In this document: positions 9,927-19,611 of the stretch, one piece after another
Layout of the letters: each line of letters starts with the position of its first letter
Numbering within the stretch: position 1 is the first letter of the stretch
IMG/VR virus record: IMGVR_UViG_3300042564_002819
Location: 266,025-330,024 of that record
Direction: 5' to 3' (one strand)
DNA: 64,000 nucleotides
Made by a program: the position numbers and the translations under genes
The notes under the pieces: generated by a model
What the model saw: only the letters and a program-made list of their open reading frames with translations
Databases searched by the model: none
What the model was told of the DNA's origin: nothing

Positions 9927-11966
9927 ATGAAAAAATTACTGTTATCGCCTGTTTGGAGCATTTTAGTATTAGTATTGTTGGCTTGGCTACAGTTTGCTAA
10001 TCCTAGTTTTTTAGAAAGTCTACAGCTACGTTACTTTGACCAACTTATAGTAAATCAAGAACCTGTAGCTAACAACGTTTACACAGTAAACATAGACGAA
10101 GCAAGTTTAAAGGCAAACGGACAATGGCCGTGGCCAAGAGGCGAATACGCCAAACTCATCGAAGAACTATATGCACGTGGTGCAGGATTAGTTGTGTTCA
10201 ACGTTCTAATGAGTGAAACAGATCGTGCAGGACAAGATGGCGTATTATCTACCACAATGAGCAACTATCCTGTTATAGTTACAATGTTGGGTACAGAGGA
10301 AAACAAAAATGAACCAATCAATCCTGGTGCTAGTATTATTAATAGCGACTACATCGATCTTATTCCTTCCGTGCCTGGCATCACAGCAAACGTGTCAGAT
10401 ATTGAACGTGCGGCTGTTGGATCAGGAATTGTTAACACTTTTCCAGAAATAGACGGTGTTACAAGACGTGCTCCACTAATACTAGAAAGCGGTGGAATAC
10501 TGTATCCTAACGTTACTATGGAAGTGCTTCGTGTTCTTGCCGGCGATCCAAGTTTCCAAATTAAACTGTCACCAATTGGTATAGACAAACTTCGTATTCC
10601 ACAGTATGGTGTATTACAAACAGATGAAATCGGCAGAGTTTGGTTAGATTGGAGTCAAAATTTTTCCAGTTACAGTGCTGCTGAGTTGCCCGATGATTTT
10701 GCAGGCGGTATAGTTTTTGTAGGACCAACAGCAGCCGGCATTACACAACCAATTGCAACAGCCGCAGGCGGTATTTGGCCGCATGAACTACAAGCTATAA
10801 TGCTAGGTACAGTGTTTAATCAAAGCAATATAAAACGTCCAGCATGGGCAACAGGTGCTGAATTGCTAGGATTTGTAATTTCTGGCATAGCTTTAATAAT
10901 AGCAGCACGTTGGACCTATGCGGGCATAGGAATATTTTTAATACTAGTTGGAACATCAATCGGTGGCAGCATCTATATGTTCTCTGCTTATAACTTCTTA
11001 CTAGACGGTTTTGTTCCGGCAGCATTCTTGTTGTTGGTAGGATTAGTAAGATATACTGTTAAGTTTGTAAGTGAGTTCTTACAAAAGCAAAAGATCAAAA
11101 AACAATTTGGTGGTTATGTGTCGCCTAAGATTGTTGATTTACTGGCTAAAGATCCGAGTGTAATAGAACGTGGAGTAAAGAAAAACATCTCTATTACTAT
11201 GACTGATCTGCGTGGCTTTACTCCTCTTGGAGAAAGTTACGGTGCTGATGTTGAAGGATTGCGTCAAATCATGAATGACTACATGGAAGCAATTACACAG
11301 CCAGTATTACGCAACGAAGGCACTATTATCAAATATATCGGTGATGCAAGTTTACATATAAACGGTGCACCATTTGATCAAGATAATCATGAATGTGTTG
11401 CGGTAAAAACTGCAATTGAAATGATAGATGCTGTAGAGGTGTTTAATGAAGAACTTAAAGCAAAAGGTAAGCCACCCGTTGGCATGGGTGCTGGTATCAA
11501 TACTGGTCCTACAGTTATTGGTAATATTGGCAGTTATAAGCGTTATGGTTATGACGTTTTAGGTGATAGTGTAAGCACAGCCGCACGTCTTGAAGGACAA
11601 ACCAAGCCCTATGGTGTTTTATTAATACTAGGACCAAAAACTGCCGAAGTAGCACGTCATTTCTATCACGTTGTAGAATTAGATCTATTAGCAGTCAAAG
11701 GTAAAACCGAAGCACTTCCTATTTACACAGTAATTTGGAGAGAAACACCCAACACTGAGTTTTGGCATCATCATGAAACATTCTTATCAGAATACAGATT
11801 AGCAAATTGGAAATCAGCTCTGGAACAAATTCAGTGGTTAAAAATTAATGGTCCTGTCACACTAGTCAAGTACTACGAGATGATGGAAGAACGTATTGCT
11901 GATCTATCTAAGAAAAAAATACAGCCCGGAAAATGGGACGGAGTATTCAGAGCTACAAGTAAATAA
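9927..11966 (+). CDS. CHASE2-domain membrane adenylate/guanylate cyclase (class III)
   Basis: VNIDEASL..GQWPWPR (CHASE2), TM helices, TDLRGFT, IKYIGDA, GINTG, YDVLGDSVSTAARLEG. Confidence 0.93.
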   Translation: MKKLLLSPVWSILVLVLLAWLQFANPSFLESLQLRYFDQLIVNQEPVANNVYTVNIDEASLKANGQWPWPRGEYAKLIEELYARGAGLVVFNVLMSETDRAGQDGVLSTTMSNYPVIVTMLGTEENKNEPINPGASIINSDYIDLIPSVPGITANVSDIERAAVGSGIVNTFPEIDGVTRRAPLILESGGILYPNVTMEVLRVLAGDPSFQIKLSPIGIDKLRIPQYGVLQTDEIGRVWLDWSQNFSSYSAAELPDDFAGGIVFVGPTAAGITQPIATAAGGIWPHELQAIMLGTVFNQSNIKRPAWATGAELLGFVISGIALIIAARWTYAGIGIFLILVGTSIGGSIYMFSAYNFLLDGFVPAAFLLLVGLVRYTVKFVSEFLQKQKIKKQFGGYVSPKIVDLLAKDPSVIERGVKKNISITMTDLRGFTPLGESYGADVEGLRQIMNDYMEAITQPVLRNEGTIIKYIGDASLHINGAPFDQDNHECVAVKTAIEMIDAVEVFNEELKAKGKPPVGMGAGINTGPTVIGNIGSYKRYGYDVLGDSVSTAARLEGQTKPYGVLLILGPKTAEVARHFYHVVELDLLAVKGKTEALPIYTVIWRETPNTEFWHHHETFLSEYRLANWKSALEQIQWLKINGPVTLVKYYEMMEERIADLSKKKIQPGKWDGVFRATSK

Positions 11967-11990
11967 GGAGCCAAAAGGCTCCTTATTTTT
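11961..11990. terminator. Bidirectional terminator
   Basis: AAATAAGGAGCC-AAAA-GGCTCCTTATTTTT between convergent genes. Confidence 0.85.
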
Positions 11991-12007
11991 ATTAATGTAA
12001 AGTGTTA

Positions 12008-12343
12008 TTATGAACGACTCATATAAGCACTAGAACCAAAGAATGATGCTACTACACCAGCTTGTGCAATGTAGAACATACTTAAAATGTTGTCTAATGC
12101 TGCTAGTCTGTCAATACCGATAAAAGGTAAAAATAGTAAAACTGTAAATACAACCATACTAAGCATAGCAACCCATGCCATTCTTCTAAGTTGATCTTCT
12201 TTTTGATCTTTGTTTTCTAAGTCAACAATGCGTTCTGCTTTAGCAAGTTCTTCGTCGGAAACTACGCCATCGCCGTCGGTGTCAAACTTGTTAAATTGAC
12301 TGTCTTCTTGTAGTGTCTTTGGTGTTCTTGGTGTTCTTGCCAT
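12008..12343 (-). CDS. EF-hand-like loop plus 2-TM membrane protein
   Basis: CAT at 12341-12343 shows minus strand (track label wrong); FDTDGDGVVSDEE. Confidence 0.75.
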   Translation of the reverse strand: MARTPRTPKTLQEDSQFNKFDTDGDGVVSDEELAKAERIVDLENKDQKEDQLRRMAWVAMLSMVVFTVLLFLPFIGIDRLAALDNILSMFYIAQAGVVASFFGSSAYMSRS

Positions 12344-12360
12344 TTCTGGATCTCCCTCTA

Positions 12361-12705
12361 TTATTTTTTTTTATCTTCTCTGCCGGTGCTGTTAAAAACT
12401 TGGCTACGGCTTTGATACTTGTTAATCAATTCGTCGAGTTCGTCTTTTTTGTCATCTGGAAGCGAATCTATGTGTTGTCGATATTCTAAAACCATTGTTA
12501 GCTTACTGTTTAAACGAATCATGTCGTTATCTAACATACGTACACGATCCACTAGTTTAATCAGCGTCCCCATTGTTTCACCAATCACAGGATCAATTTC
12601 TTCAGTTACCCATTTCCATATAAAGAAAACAAAGTAGCCCATTCCCATTGCTGCAATGATCGGAAATCCAAAGTCTTTAATAGCCTGTGCAATATCAAAT
12701 TCCAT
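12361..12705 (-). CDS. Small membrane protein (GFPI motif, YvrJ/holin-like)
   Basis: Minus strand (CAT 12703-12705); N-terminal TM then coiled coil. Confidence 0.7.
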   Translation of the reverse strand: MEFDIAQAIKDFGFPIIAAMGMGYFVFFIWKWVTEEIDPVIGETMGTLIKLVDRVRMLDNDMIRLNSKLTMVLEYRQHIDSLPDDKKDELDELINKYQSRSQVFNSTGREDKKK

Positions 12706-12983
12706 TAGTCTCTCCTTGCATCGTTTTTGCCTTCGTTAGCAGCAATACGATCTATATTAGGTTTAACATTTAACGCATAACTTAATAGTGCATCTATCTT
12801 AACTAAATCATTATTCATAGTTTGAACACGATTATCTAACTGTGCAATAATATTTTTTAGAGTTGTAACAGATCCTGTTACTCCTGCTAGAATAAACTTC
12901 AATGTTAAGAAAACAAAACCGCCGGCTGCTAATGCACCGGCAATTGGAAACCCTACTTCGCTTACTAATTGCAAAAAATCCAT
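12705..12983 (-). CDS. Small membrane protein, paralog of neighbour
   Basis: Minus strand (CAT 12981-12983); VGFPIA...LDNRVQTMNNDLVKID resembles FGFPII...LVDRVRMLDNDMIRLN. Confidence 0.7.
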   Translation of the reverse strand: MDFLQLVSEVGFPIAGALAAGGFVFLTLKFILAGVTGSVTTLKNIIAQLDNRVQTMNNDLVKIDALLSYALNVKPNIDRIAANEGKNDARRD

Positions 12984-13080
12984 TAAAACGCCCTCACGTT
13001 TTGCATAGTATTTAGCATAATGCGATTGTTTTTTATTGACAAAATGCTTAAATATACTACTATATTACAAAGGAGACTGC

Positions 13081-14214
13081 ATGAACAATTTTATAGAAGA
13101 TTTTATTAAAAAAAATACATTTCACAGACCGACTTTAGTGTTAGATATAAATGAAGTGGAAAAAAACTTCTATAATCTTAAACGTGGGATGCCCGATGCT
13201 CACATACACTATGCTGTTAAAAGCAATCCGCATCCTGAAATACTAAAATGCTTAGTGCAACAAGGTTGCAAGTTTGATGCAGCATCGATGGGAGAAATAG
13301 ATGCTTGTTTAGAAGCAGGTGCAAAGCCCGAACATATCAGTTTTGGCAATACTGTAAAGCGTTGGCAAGACATCAAATATGCACACTCTATAGGTATTGA
13401 CCTTTTTGCAGCAGATGCAAGTGAAGAACTTGAAAAGATTGCAAATTACGCACCTAACTCTCGCGTGTTTATTCGTGTATTGATTGGGCAAACTGAAGCA
13501 GAATGGCCGTTATCACGAAAGTTTGGTTGCGATCCCCAAATGGTTCTTGAGCTAATGGGATATGCTACAGACCTAGGTCTTAAGCCAGTTGGTATTAGTT
13601 GGCACATTGGTTCACAAACAAAACATCCTGAAATGTGGTTCGACACACTAGAAATGATGGCTAACCTTTGGGATGAAGCCTGCGGTTTTGGATACGATTT
13701 ATCGTTGGTAAACATCGGCGGCGGATTTCCTGCATACTACGGTGTTGATATAACTCCGCCAGAAGAATACGGTAGAAAATTAATGGATCGTGTTCGTAAG
13801 CAATTTCCAGGTGCAGACTACATTATGGTCGAACCGGGTCGCGGATTAGTAGGCAGTGCTGGTGCTATTGCTGCTGAAGTGTTATTGGTTAGCAAGAAGT
13901 CATCCTACGAAACAGTGCGTTGGGTTTATTTAAACATAGGAAGATTTAGTGGATTGGCTGAAACCGAAGGCGAAGCTATTAAATATCAATTTTCTATACC
14001 AGGTAAAGAAAACTCTACTACAGGACCATGTATTCTTGCAGGTCCTACTTGCGATAGTGCAGATGTACTATATGAAAAGAACAAGGTTCATTTGCCAGTT
14101 GACCTTTGCAGTGGCGATCGATTTATTATACGAAACTGCGGGGCTTACACCAGCACCTACAGCACTATTGCGTTTAACGGGTTTCCGCCGTTAGCTGTTG
14201 TAGTTTGCAAATGA
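13081..14214 (+). CDS. Ornithine/lysine decarboxylase (type III PLP fold)
   Basis: HYAVKSNP, FDAASMGE, KFGC, HIGSQ, NIGGGF, EPGR, GPTCDSAD, GAYT; SD AAGGAGA before ATG 13081. Confidence 0.93.
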   Translation: MNNFIEDFIKKNTFHRPTLVLDINEVEKNFYNLKRGMPDAHIHYAVKSNPHPEILKCLVQQGCKFDAASMGEIDACLEAGAKPEHISFGNTVKRWQDIKYAHSIGIDLFAADASEELEKIANYAPNSRVFIRVLIGQTEAEWPLSRKFGCDPQMVLELMGYATDLGLKPVGISWHIGSQTKHPEMWFDTLEMMANLWDEACGFGYDLSLVNIGGGFPAYYGVDITPPEEYGRKLMDRVRKQFPGADYIMVEPGRGLVGSAGAIAAEVLLVSKKSSYETVRWVYLNIGRFSGLAETEGEAIKYQFSIPGKENSTTGPCILAGPTCDSADVLYEKNKVHLPVDLCSGDRFIIRNCGAYTSTYSTIAFNGFPPLAVVVCK

Positions 14215-14250
14215 GGTTGACAATTTTTACAATTTATGTATAGTAAAGAG

Positions 14251-14418
14251 AATAGCAATGATTGTCGCTGTTGGCCCGTGGCGATACATTGCTATAAATC
14301 TATAAGTCTTGACAATGAACCGAGTAAGATGATATTATCTGCGAAAGTCCGGCGAGAGCTTAAATTTGTCAAGGGTCACAAGCACTAGTCCAACAGTGTG
14401 TGGCTAACGGGCCGCCAA
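14251..14418 (+). ncRNA. Structured RNA candidate (6S-like architecture)
   Basis: Promoter TTGACA 14217/TATAGT 14239; GGCCCGT/ACGGGCC closing stem, CTTGACAA/TTGTCAAG inner stem. Confidence 0.4.
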
Positions 14419-14445
14419 TAGGAGGAAAGTTTGGTAAATAATAAC

Positions 14446-14622
14446 ATGAAAACGTATCCAGCTAATGAAATATTTCAAGACATTGAAAATGACAAAAACA
14501 ACGTCTTGATGAATATTCCTCCTGAAATTGCAGAAGAATTAGGATGGGTACCGGGAGACGTCTTGAAGATCGAAATATTAGAAAGTGGCGGCGTTTCTAT
14601 TTCCAAGGTAAAAAATGGCTAA
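14446..14622 (+). CDS. AbrB/MazE-like small DNA-binding protein
   Basis: [22 protein letters not shown]; start may be TTG 14431. Confidence 0.65.
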   Translation: MKTYPANEIFQDIENDKNNVLMNIPPEIAEELGWVPGDVLKIEILESGGVSISKVKNG

Positions 14623-14830
14623 AGAAGATGTTATTGAAGTAGAAGGCGAAATTGTAGATGTTTTGCCTAACCAAACTTTTCGTGTAGAACTCGAAAACGG
14701 TCACAGGGTAACTTGTTACACTGGCGGAAAGATGAGACAATTTAAAATTAGACTCGTACAGGGCGACAAAGTTAAAGTAGAAATGACACCATACGATCTA
14801 CAAAAAGGTCGAATTATGTTTAGGATCTAA
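14615..14830 (+). CDS. infA: Translation initiation factor IF-1
   Basis: [30 protein letters not shown]...[18 protein letters not shown]. Confidence 0.97.
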   Translation: MAKEDVIEVEGEIVDVLPNQTFRVELENGHRVTCYTGGKMRQFKIRLVQGDKVKVEMTPYDLQKGRIMFRI

Positions 14831-14831
14831 A

Positions 14832-15221
14832 ATGATACAAGAGCTTTTGAGTTTAGAAAAAGCGTTTAATTGCAAACTTTCTCCAATTACTTTAGATTCG
14901 TGGAACAATTATAAAAGCATACCCAAAGGTCTGCGTGGTGTTTATATAATTTACGACGACGATAAATTCTACTATGTTGGAAAAGGATTTGTCAAAGATC
15001 GTCAACCGCATCACGAAGAAAAGTTTTCCGGTATTTTTAAAAAAGCTAGAGATACTGCTGGGTTTAGATGGCTTAGAGAAAGCGGAGTAGAATTCGACGT
15101 AACAAAAATGCGTATGACATACATTCCGTTAGAGCAAGAAACACTTATTTCTGCAATTGAAGGCAGTTTGATACACATGCTACAACCTATTGCAAACGAC
15201 GAAGTAGTAAAAAGTCTTTAA
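14832..15221 (+). CDS. GIY-YIG-like nuclease-fold protein
   Basis: GVYIIY...YYVGKG...R...E...LQPIAN. Confidence 0.6.
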   Translation: MIQELLSLEKAFNCKLSPITLDSWNNYKSIPKGLRGVYIIYDDDKFYYVGKGFVKDRQPHHEEKFSGIFKKARDTAGFRWLRESGVEFDVTKMRMTYIPLEQETLISAIEGSLIHMLQPIANDEVVKSL

Positions 15222-15287
15222 CAGGGCTTGACACGCCTTCTGCGATTTGCTATATTGCTACAAATGCAACAGCTAAAGGCTAGAAAA

Positions 15288-15983
15288 ATGTTTCCTACAG
15301 AACAACTGCTTGAATTTGCATATGCTGCATACCGTATCAATAACGGATATGTAAAATCAACAGTATATCATTCTGCAAATGATACTACAACTTATCCAAA
15401 CAAGGATATTGTTCTTTTTTCTGCATTGAAAAAATTTCGCCCCGATGATTATATTCCGTCATGGTTTGTTATGCCAGAAATTACAGACCGAGACCGTGAA
15501 AATGTAAAACTTGCCCTAGAGCATTATAAACGTTATACGTTGCTGCTTTTGGGGACAGACCTGTCAACGTTTCAAAAAGATGTCTTTGCTGTAATCAGTC
15601 AAGATACTGTTCCCGTTCACAAAATCGGTCTAGTTGCTGTTGTTCCAACTGTGGTAAAAAGCGAAAAAGCAGAAAGTGTATATCTACGCAAACTAAAGAA
15701 AGATTTTTCTGATAGCAAACATTATGTTTTAAAGACATCTGTGAGTGGAACAATCGAAATTCTTAAACGTATCCACCTCAGAGATTATTCCACTTATCTG
15801 TATTTTGCAGGATTAGGAGAAAACTTGATTTCTTTTACTAAACCGACTGAGTACAGTGTTGGTGCAGTATACGAATTAAATGGTAAGGTAAAATCTCTCG
15901 AAAAAGAAAGAGAGACTGGATTCAATATGACAAAACTAAACTATGTCAAGTTAAATGCTGTTGAGGTAACAAACAATGATTGA
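15288..15983 (+). CDS. Hypothetical protein
   Basis: sigma70 promoter TTGACA 15228/TATATT 15251 upstream. Confidence 0.7.
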   Translation: MFPTEQLLEFAYAAYRINNGYVKSTVYHSANDTTTYPNKDIVLFSALKKFRPDDYIPSWFVMPEITDRDRENVKLALEHYKRYTLLLLGTDLSTFQKDVFAVISQDTVPVHKIGLVAVVPTVVKSEKAESVYLRKLKKDFSDSKHYVLKTSVSGTIEILKRIHLRDYSTYLYFAGLGENLISFTKPTEYSVGAVYELNGKVKSLEKERETGFNMTKLNYVKLNAVEVTNND

Positions 15984-16188
15984 ACTGTGGTTTTTGGCTG
16001 TTGCTGTAATTTTTACAGTATTTGGATATATCATTGGCGTAAAAAAACAAGTAAAAGTATCTGCAGAGATGATTATTTCAACTACTATCGATACTCTTAT
16101 TGAAGATGGATATCTTAAAACTAGAGGCACTGGAAACAACTTAGAGATTTTAAAAGTAGATGACAAAGCCGATAGAACTCAGCCATAG
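15976..16188 (+). CDS. Small membrane protein
   Basis: N-terminal TM; SD GAGGT. Confidence 0.65.
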   Translation: MIELWFLAVAVIFTVFGYIIGVKKQVKVSAEMIISTTIDTLIEDGYLKTRGTGNNLEILKVDDKADRTQP

Positions 16189-16441
16189 TCAGTGGAAAAA
16201 ACTTTTAGAACGTCTTAAGGAGGATTACCCTCCTAGTGTTATTCTTGTTCGCAGCAAGATGAAAACAAAGTTAGGATTCACATCTCGAGAATACAAAGAC
16301 TGGGATGACAGCATAGGTAAGTATGGCGGCTGGCGTAAAAACTGTATCATGCTTGATTTTTATTCGGAAAAGAAAAGAACCTTCTTTATCGTGAAATACA
16401 GCGAATTTGTAAAAAAGGAAGATCTTAATGACAACTTCTAA
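16160..16441 (+). CDS. Hypothetical protein
   Basis: Overlapping ORF chain. Confidence 0.65.
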   Translation: MTKPIELSHSQWKKLLERLKEDYPPSVILVRSKMKTKLGFTSREYKDWDDSIGKYGGWRKNCIMLDFYSEKKRTFFIVKYSEFVKKEDLNDNF

Positions 16442-16760
16442 TAATGATCACATCTTTATTGCGTATTGGGATTGTTACGGATTTGAATGCGTTGTAGACT
16501 TAACTTCATATGAACGACATAAATTGTTGTCTGATATTAAAGGAGACCCTCTTAAATCTCCTGTTAATCTACATTATTTAACTATGCGAGCTCGGTTTAA
16601 TCCACAACGTGACCCTGAAATTTGGCTCTTTACTTCTGAAGTAGACGAAGCTACACTGCAAGAGTTAGCAGAAGAACAGCCGCAGATGTTGGCAGATCTT
16701 ATTCGCAGTCATGGAAAAAATCTATACAAAAGTAAAACACTGGAACCAAAAATAAAATGA
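16428..16760 (+). CDS. Hypothetical protein
   Basis: Overlapping ORF chain; SD AAGGA. Confidence 0.65.
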   Translation: MTTSNNDHIFIAYWDCYGFECVVDLTSYERHKLLSDIKGDPLKSPVNLHYLTMRARFNPQRDPEIWLFTSEVDEATLQELAEEQPQMLADLIRSHGKNLYKSKTLEPKIK

Positions 16761-17113
16761 TACGTTATACTGACATCAACACCGGCAACAATCTACTAGA
16801 CGAAGCACTAGAAAACTATCTCATGCATGGGTTTCAGCCCGGCGGATTTCTAACCAGTGTTCTTGCTAACGACTTGCAGCTAGCTGTTGGAAGGGCAGAT
16901 CATTGGAATAAAACTCGTCTGCCTGAAATTGTAGATGCAGTAGTGTACAATGTCCCAGATCGTGCTTGGGGCAGTTATCAGCGTGTCAGAGATTGGTGTG
17001 TAGACAAAGACGGGCATCGTACCGCATATGCTCAACGTAAAGAAAAAGAATATACGTTTAACGTATTGAAAGGCAATGTACGTGCAAAAGAACCGCAAGA
17101 CCCCCCGTTTTGA
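16757..17113 (+). CDS. Hypothetical protein
   Basis: ATGA overlap; PGGFLTSVLANDL. Confidence 0.7.
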   Translation: MIRYTDINTGNNLLDEALENYLMHGFQPGGFLTSVLANDLQLAVGRADHWNKTRLPEIVDAVVYNVPDRAWGSYQRVRDWCVDKDGHRTAYAQRKEKEYTFNVLKGNVRAKEPQDPPF

Positions 17114-17381
17114 AGTAGACTATAAAGAACGTCTTGAACAAAAACGAACAGCAATCAATGCTGTTCGCTTGCCTCGTCTTGGCTATTCTCAATATCGTGT
17201 ATATGATATTCGAGAGCGGTCCACTCGTCAATACAACAACGGCAACTGGCAGAACTGGATCTTGTGGGCAGTTGTTGATGAACTAGAATCTCGTACAGAA
17301 CCACCTCATCAAGTAAAATGGCTCAAACCTAAACAGGTGACATTGCTTAGACTACAAGGACATAGGGTAGAAGAAGTATGA
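17076..17381 (+). CDS. Hypothetical protein
   Basis: ORF chain. Confidence 0.55.
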   Translation: MYVQKNRKTPRFEVDYKERLEQKRTAINAVRLPRLGYSQYRVYDIRERSTRQYNNGNWQNWILWAVVDELESRTEPPHQVKWLKPKQVTLLRLQGHRVEEV

Positions 17382-17644
17382 ATTACGTTGATGTTTTAAC
17401 AGTTCGAGAGTATGTTGACTATTATAAGGCAAACGATCCTTATGTACACGCTGCTGTATTAGAACAAGCAGGATACACTCCAGTAAGTATTAACCCAAAA
17501 GTTTTTTGGGAATCTGCACACGAGTATATGACCAAACGTTATGGCGAGGACAATTACGTTTGGACTGGTGAAAAATTTTGGTTTGATAATATGGAAGAAG
17601 CAAGTCATTTTTATGCATACTACAGCAGTTGGTTAGAGGATTAA
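17378..17644 (+). CDS. Hypothetical protein
   Basis: ATGA overlap. Confidence 0.6.
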   Translation: MNYVDVLTVREYVDYYKANDPYVHAAVLEQAGYTPVSINPKVFWESAHEYMTKRYGEDNYVWTGEKFWFDNMEEASHFYAYYSSWLED

Positions 17645-17914
17645 ATGATTACTTTTGTTTGCGAAATTAATCCAACATATGCCAAGCAGAATGGACTTAA
17701 TAGATACTATCTTGCAAAGGCTAAAAATGCAAATTGGCAAAAAGAAACAAATCTTCCTCGTTCACTACTGTATGGCTCTGACCGTGTGTGGAGAATTTAC
17801 GAAAACGGAACAGTTGATTTTGTAAAAAATAGATTTACAGGTATTATGACTCCTGTCGATCAAAGAGAACTTACTGTTGCTCTCTTGAGTGCAGTATGCT
17901 ATAACAGTGTATGA
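17645..17914 (+). CDS. Hypothetical protein
   Basis: SD GAGGA. Confidence 0.6.
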   Translation: MITFVCEINPTYAKQNGLNRYYLAKAKNANWQKETNLPRSLLYGSDRVWRIYENGTVDFVKNRFTGIMTPVDQRELTVALLSAVCYNSV

Positions 17915-18519
17915 TCAAAGTACAAGGCAAACTCCCTCGCAGTGTTTACGTCGGATGTTCCGGCGGCTCGGATTCTATGGCTGTGGTCGATTTCTTGTCT
18001 CGTAGACATGATGTTGAAGTTATTTTCTTCCATCATGGCTCCGAACACGACACTGTTGCACAAGATCTTGTTTATAATTACTGTCATAAAAAGAACATCG
18101 AATGTATTCTCGGCGGCATGAACAAAGACGATACAATCAAGCCAGGAATGAGCAAAGAAGACTTTTGGAGATGGCGTCGCTATCGATTCTTTGAGCAATT
18201 CGCTAGGCCTGAAACTCCTGTTATTACTTGCCATCATCTAGATGACTGTGCTGAAACTTGGATTTGGAGTAGCTTGAACGGAAGTCCTTGTATTATTCCT
18301 TATCGTAGAAACAATGTGATTAGACCGTTTAGACTTAACAGAAAAAAAGACTTGGAGCTCTGGGCACAACTTAATGGCGTGCCCTACATCGACGATCCTA
18401 CTAACACCGATACTACTTTTACTCGAAATTATATTAGACACGAGCTAATGCCACATGCATTACGAGTTAATCCTGGACTGCACAAGGTTATTAAAAAGAA
18501 AGTTTTAGATGATGTTTAG
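17911..18519 (+). CDS. tilS: tRNA(Ile)-lysidine synthase (PP-loop domain only)
   Basis: VGCSGGSDS, TCHHLDDCAET, IRPF, DPTN...RNYIRH. Confidence 0.88.
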   Translation: MIKVQGKLPRSVYVGCSGGSDSMAVVDFLSRRHDVEVIFFHHGSEHDTVAQDLVYNYCHKKNIECILGGMNKDDTIKPGMSKEDFWRWRRYRFFEQFARPETPVITCHHLDDCAETWIWSSLNGSPCIIPYRRNNVIRPFRLNRKKDLELWAQLNGVPYIDDPTNTDTTFTRNYIRHELMPHALRVNPGLHKVIKKKVLDDV

Positions 18520-18991
18520 TATTTTTAAAACACGCCATACTCACAGATGGGAATTGGTTGCGTGTAACGACAACTATCATACTGAATACACAGATACTGG
18601 TAAAAAAATATATTGGAAACAGCGTTTTTACAAATGCAGTTGCGGTGCTCGCAAACACGAAGACAATCGTAATCAGTATCAAACTCACGAAGGAATTGAT
18701 GCTGCTAAGAAAAACTGGATTGATGCTGGTGTTGTTCCGAACGGCAGTTATTACCCCGGAACACAAAATGGCTATGTCAAGATTGATGATGTTCCCCAGG
18801 ATACGTTAGATCCAATTGAAAAATTAAATAAAAATCTCGAAGAGTTGTTCAACATGATGAGTGTAATTAAAAGAGACTATGATCTTGAAAAAAAGTATCC
18901 TAAGTTAAAAACTCTTGCAGACAAATACAATCAAGAGCTAAGTAAGTATAGAACGTTTGAATCATTGAAAGGTAAAGACAATGTCACATGA
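18509..18991 (+). CDS. Hypothetical protein
   Basis: ORF chain. Confidence 0.6.
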   Translation: MMFSIFKTRHTHRWELVACNDNYHTEYTDTGKKIYWKQRFYKCSCGARKHEDNRNQYQTHEGIDAAKKNWIDAGVVPNGSYYPGTQNGYVKIDDVPQDTLDPIEKLNKNLEELFNMMSVIKRDYDLEKKYPKLKTLADKYNQELSKYRTFESLKGKDNVT

Positions 18992-19187
18992 TTTTATATA
19001 TTTTGAAAACAGCCTTGAAGACGACGACTACGGACTTGTTGTAGGAAAAGATGGAATGCTAAAAGGAATTTGGGTTCCGAAAGGTCTGGAAAACGAAGAA
19101 GACGTGCCATCTACTGTAGCTAGAGTATGTATAGAATATTTTGGACTAGATCCTAACGACGAAAGCAACTACGGAGTCATTCATTAA
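18981..19187 (+). CDS. Hypothetical protein
   Basis: ORF chain. Confidence 0.6.
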   Translation: MSHDFIYFENSLEDDDYGLVVGKDGMLKGIWVPKGLENEEDVPSTVARVCIEYFGLDPNDESNYGVIH

Positions 19188-19423
19188 TGACACCGTTAGA
19201 AATTGCTGAGTACAAAATGCGGTGGATGCGTGATGGCGGATACAGTATTCGCCTTCACAGTGACCTTGACGTAGCAGGTAAGGACTGGTGTCGTAAAAAT
19301 ATTGAACGCCATCAATGGAGTTTTGAAGCGTATACTGCTATCTATCAGCATACCTTTTATTTCGAAGATCAAGCGGTAAGCCAACAATTTGCACAAGAAT
19401 TTCACAATTGGGTGCAGCGTTGA
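19187..19423 (+). CDS. Hypothetical protein
   Basis: TAATG overlap. Confidence 0.65.
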   Translation: MTPLEIAEYKMRWMRDGGYSIRLHSDLDVAGKDWCRKNIERHQWSFEAYTAIYQHTFYFEDQAVSQQFAQEFHNWVQR

Positions 19424-19611
19424 AAGTGTTAATGATTGACCCACCAGAAGGATGGAAATACGGGTTTCCTAAACCAGTACATGAAGAATATTATACACTA
19501 GGCGAAGATTTTGATCTTGGGCGGTGGCTGGTTTCTGAAGGATATCCTGCCAAAGACGTCGAATTGGCACTAAAGTACAGTAGATATTTGGAGATAGACA
19601 ATGAAGGCTGA
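19408..19611 (+). CDS. Hypothetical protein
   Basis: IDPPEGWKYGFPK; start uncertain. Confidence 0.6.
   Translation: MGAALKVLMIDPPEGWKYGFPKPVHEEYYTLGEDFDLGRWLVSEGYPAKDVELALKYSRYLEIDNEG

Noticed and set aside
12008-12983. Plus-strand labels for three ORFs in the track
   Set aside because: The listed proteins translate only from the reverse complement.
14340-14432. RNase P RNA or tmRNA (GAAAGTCC; ...GCCGCCA end)
   Set aside because: Too short, and no P4 partner, T-arm or tag ORF was found.
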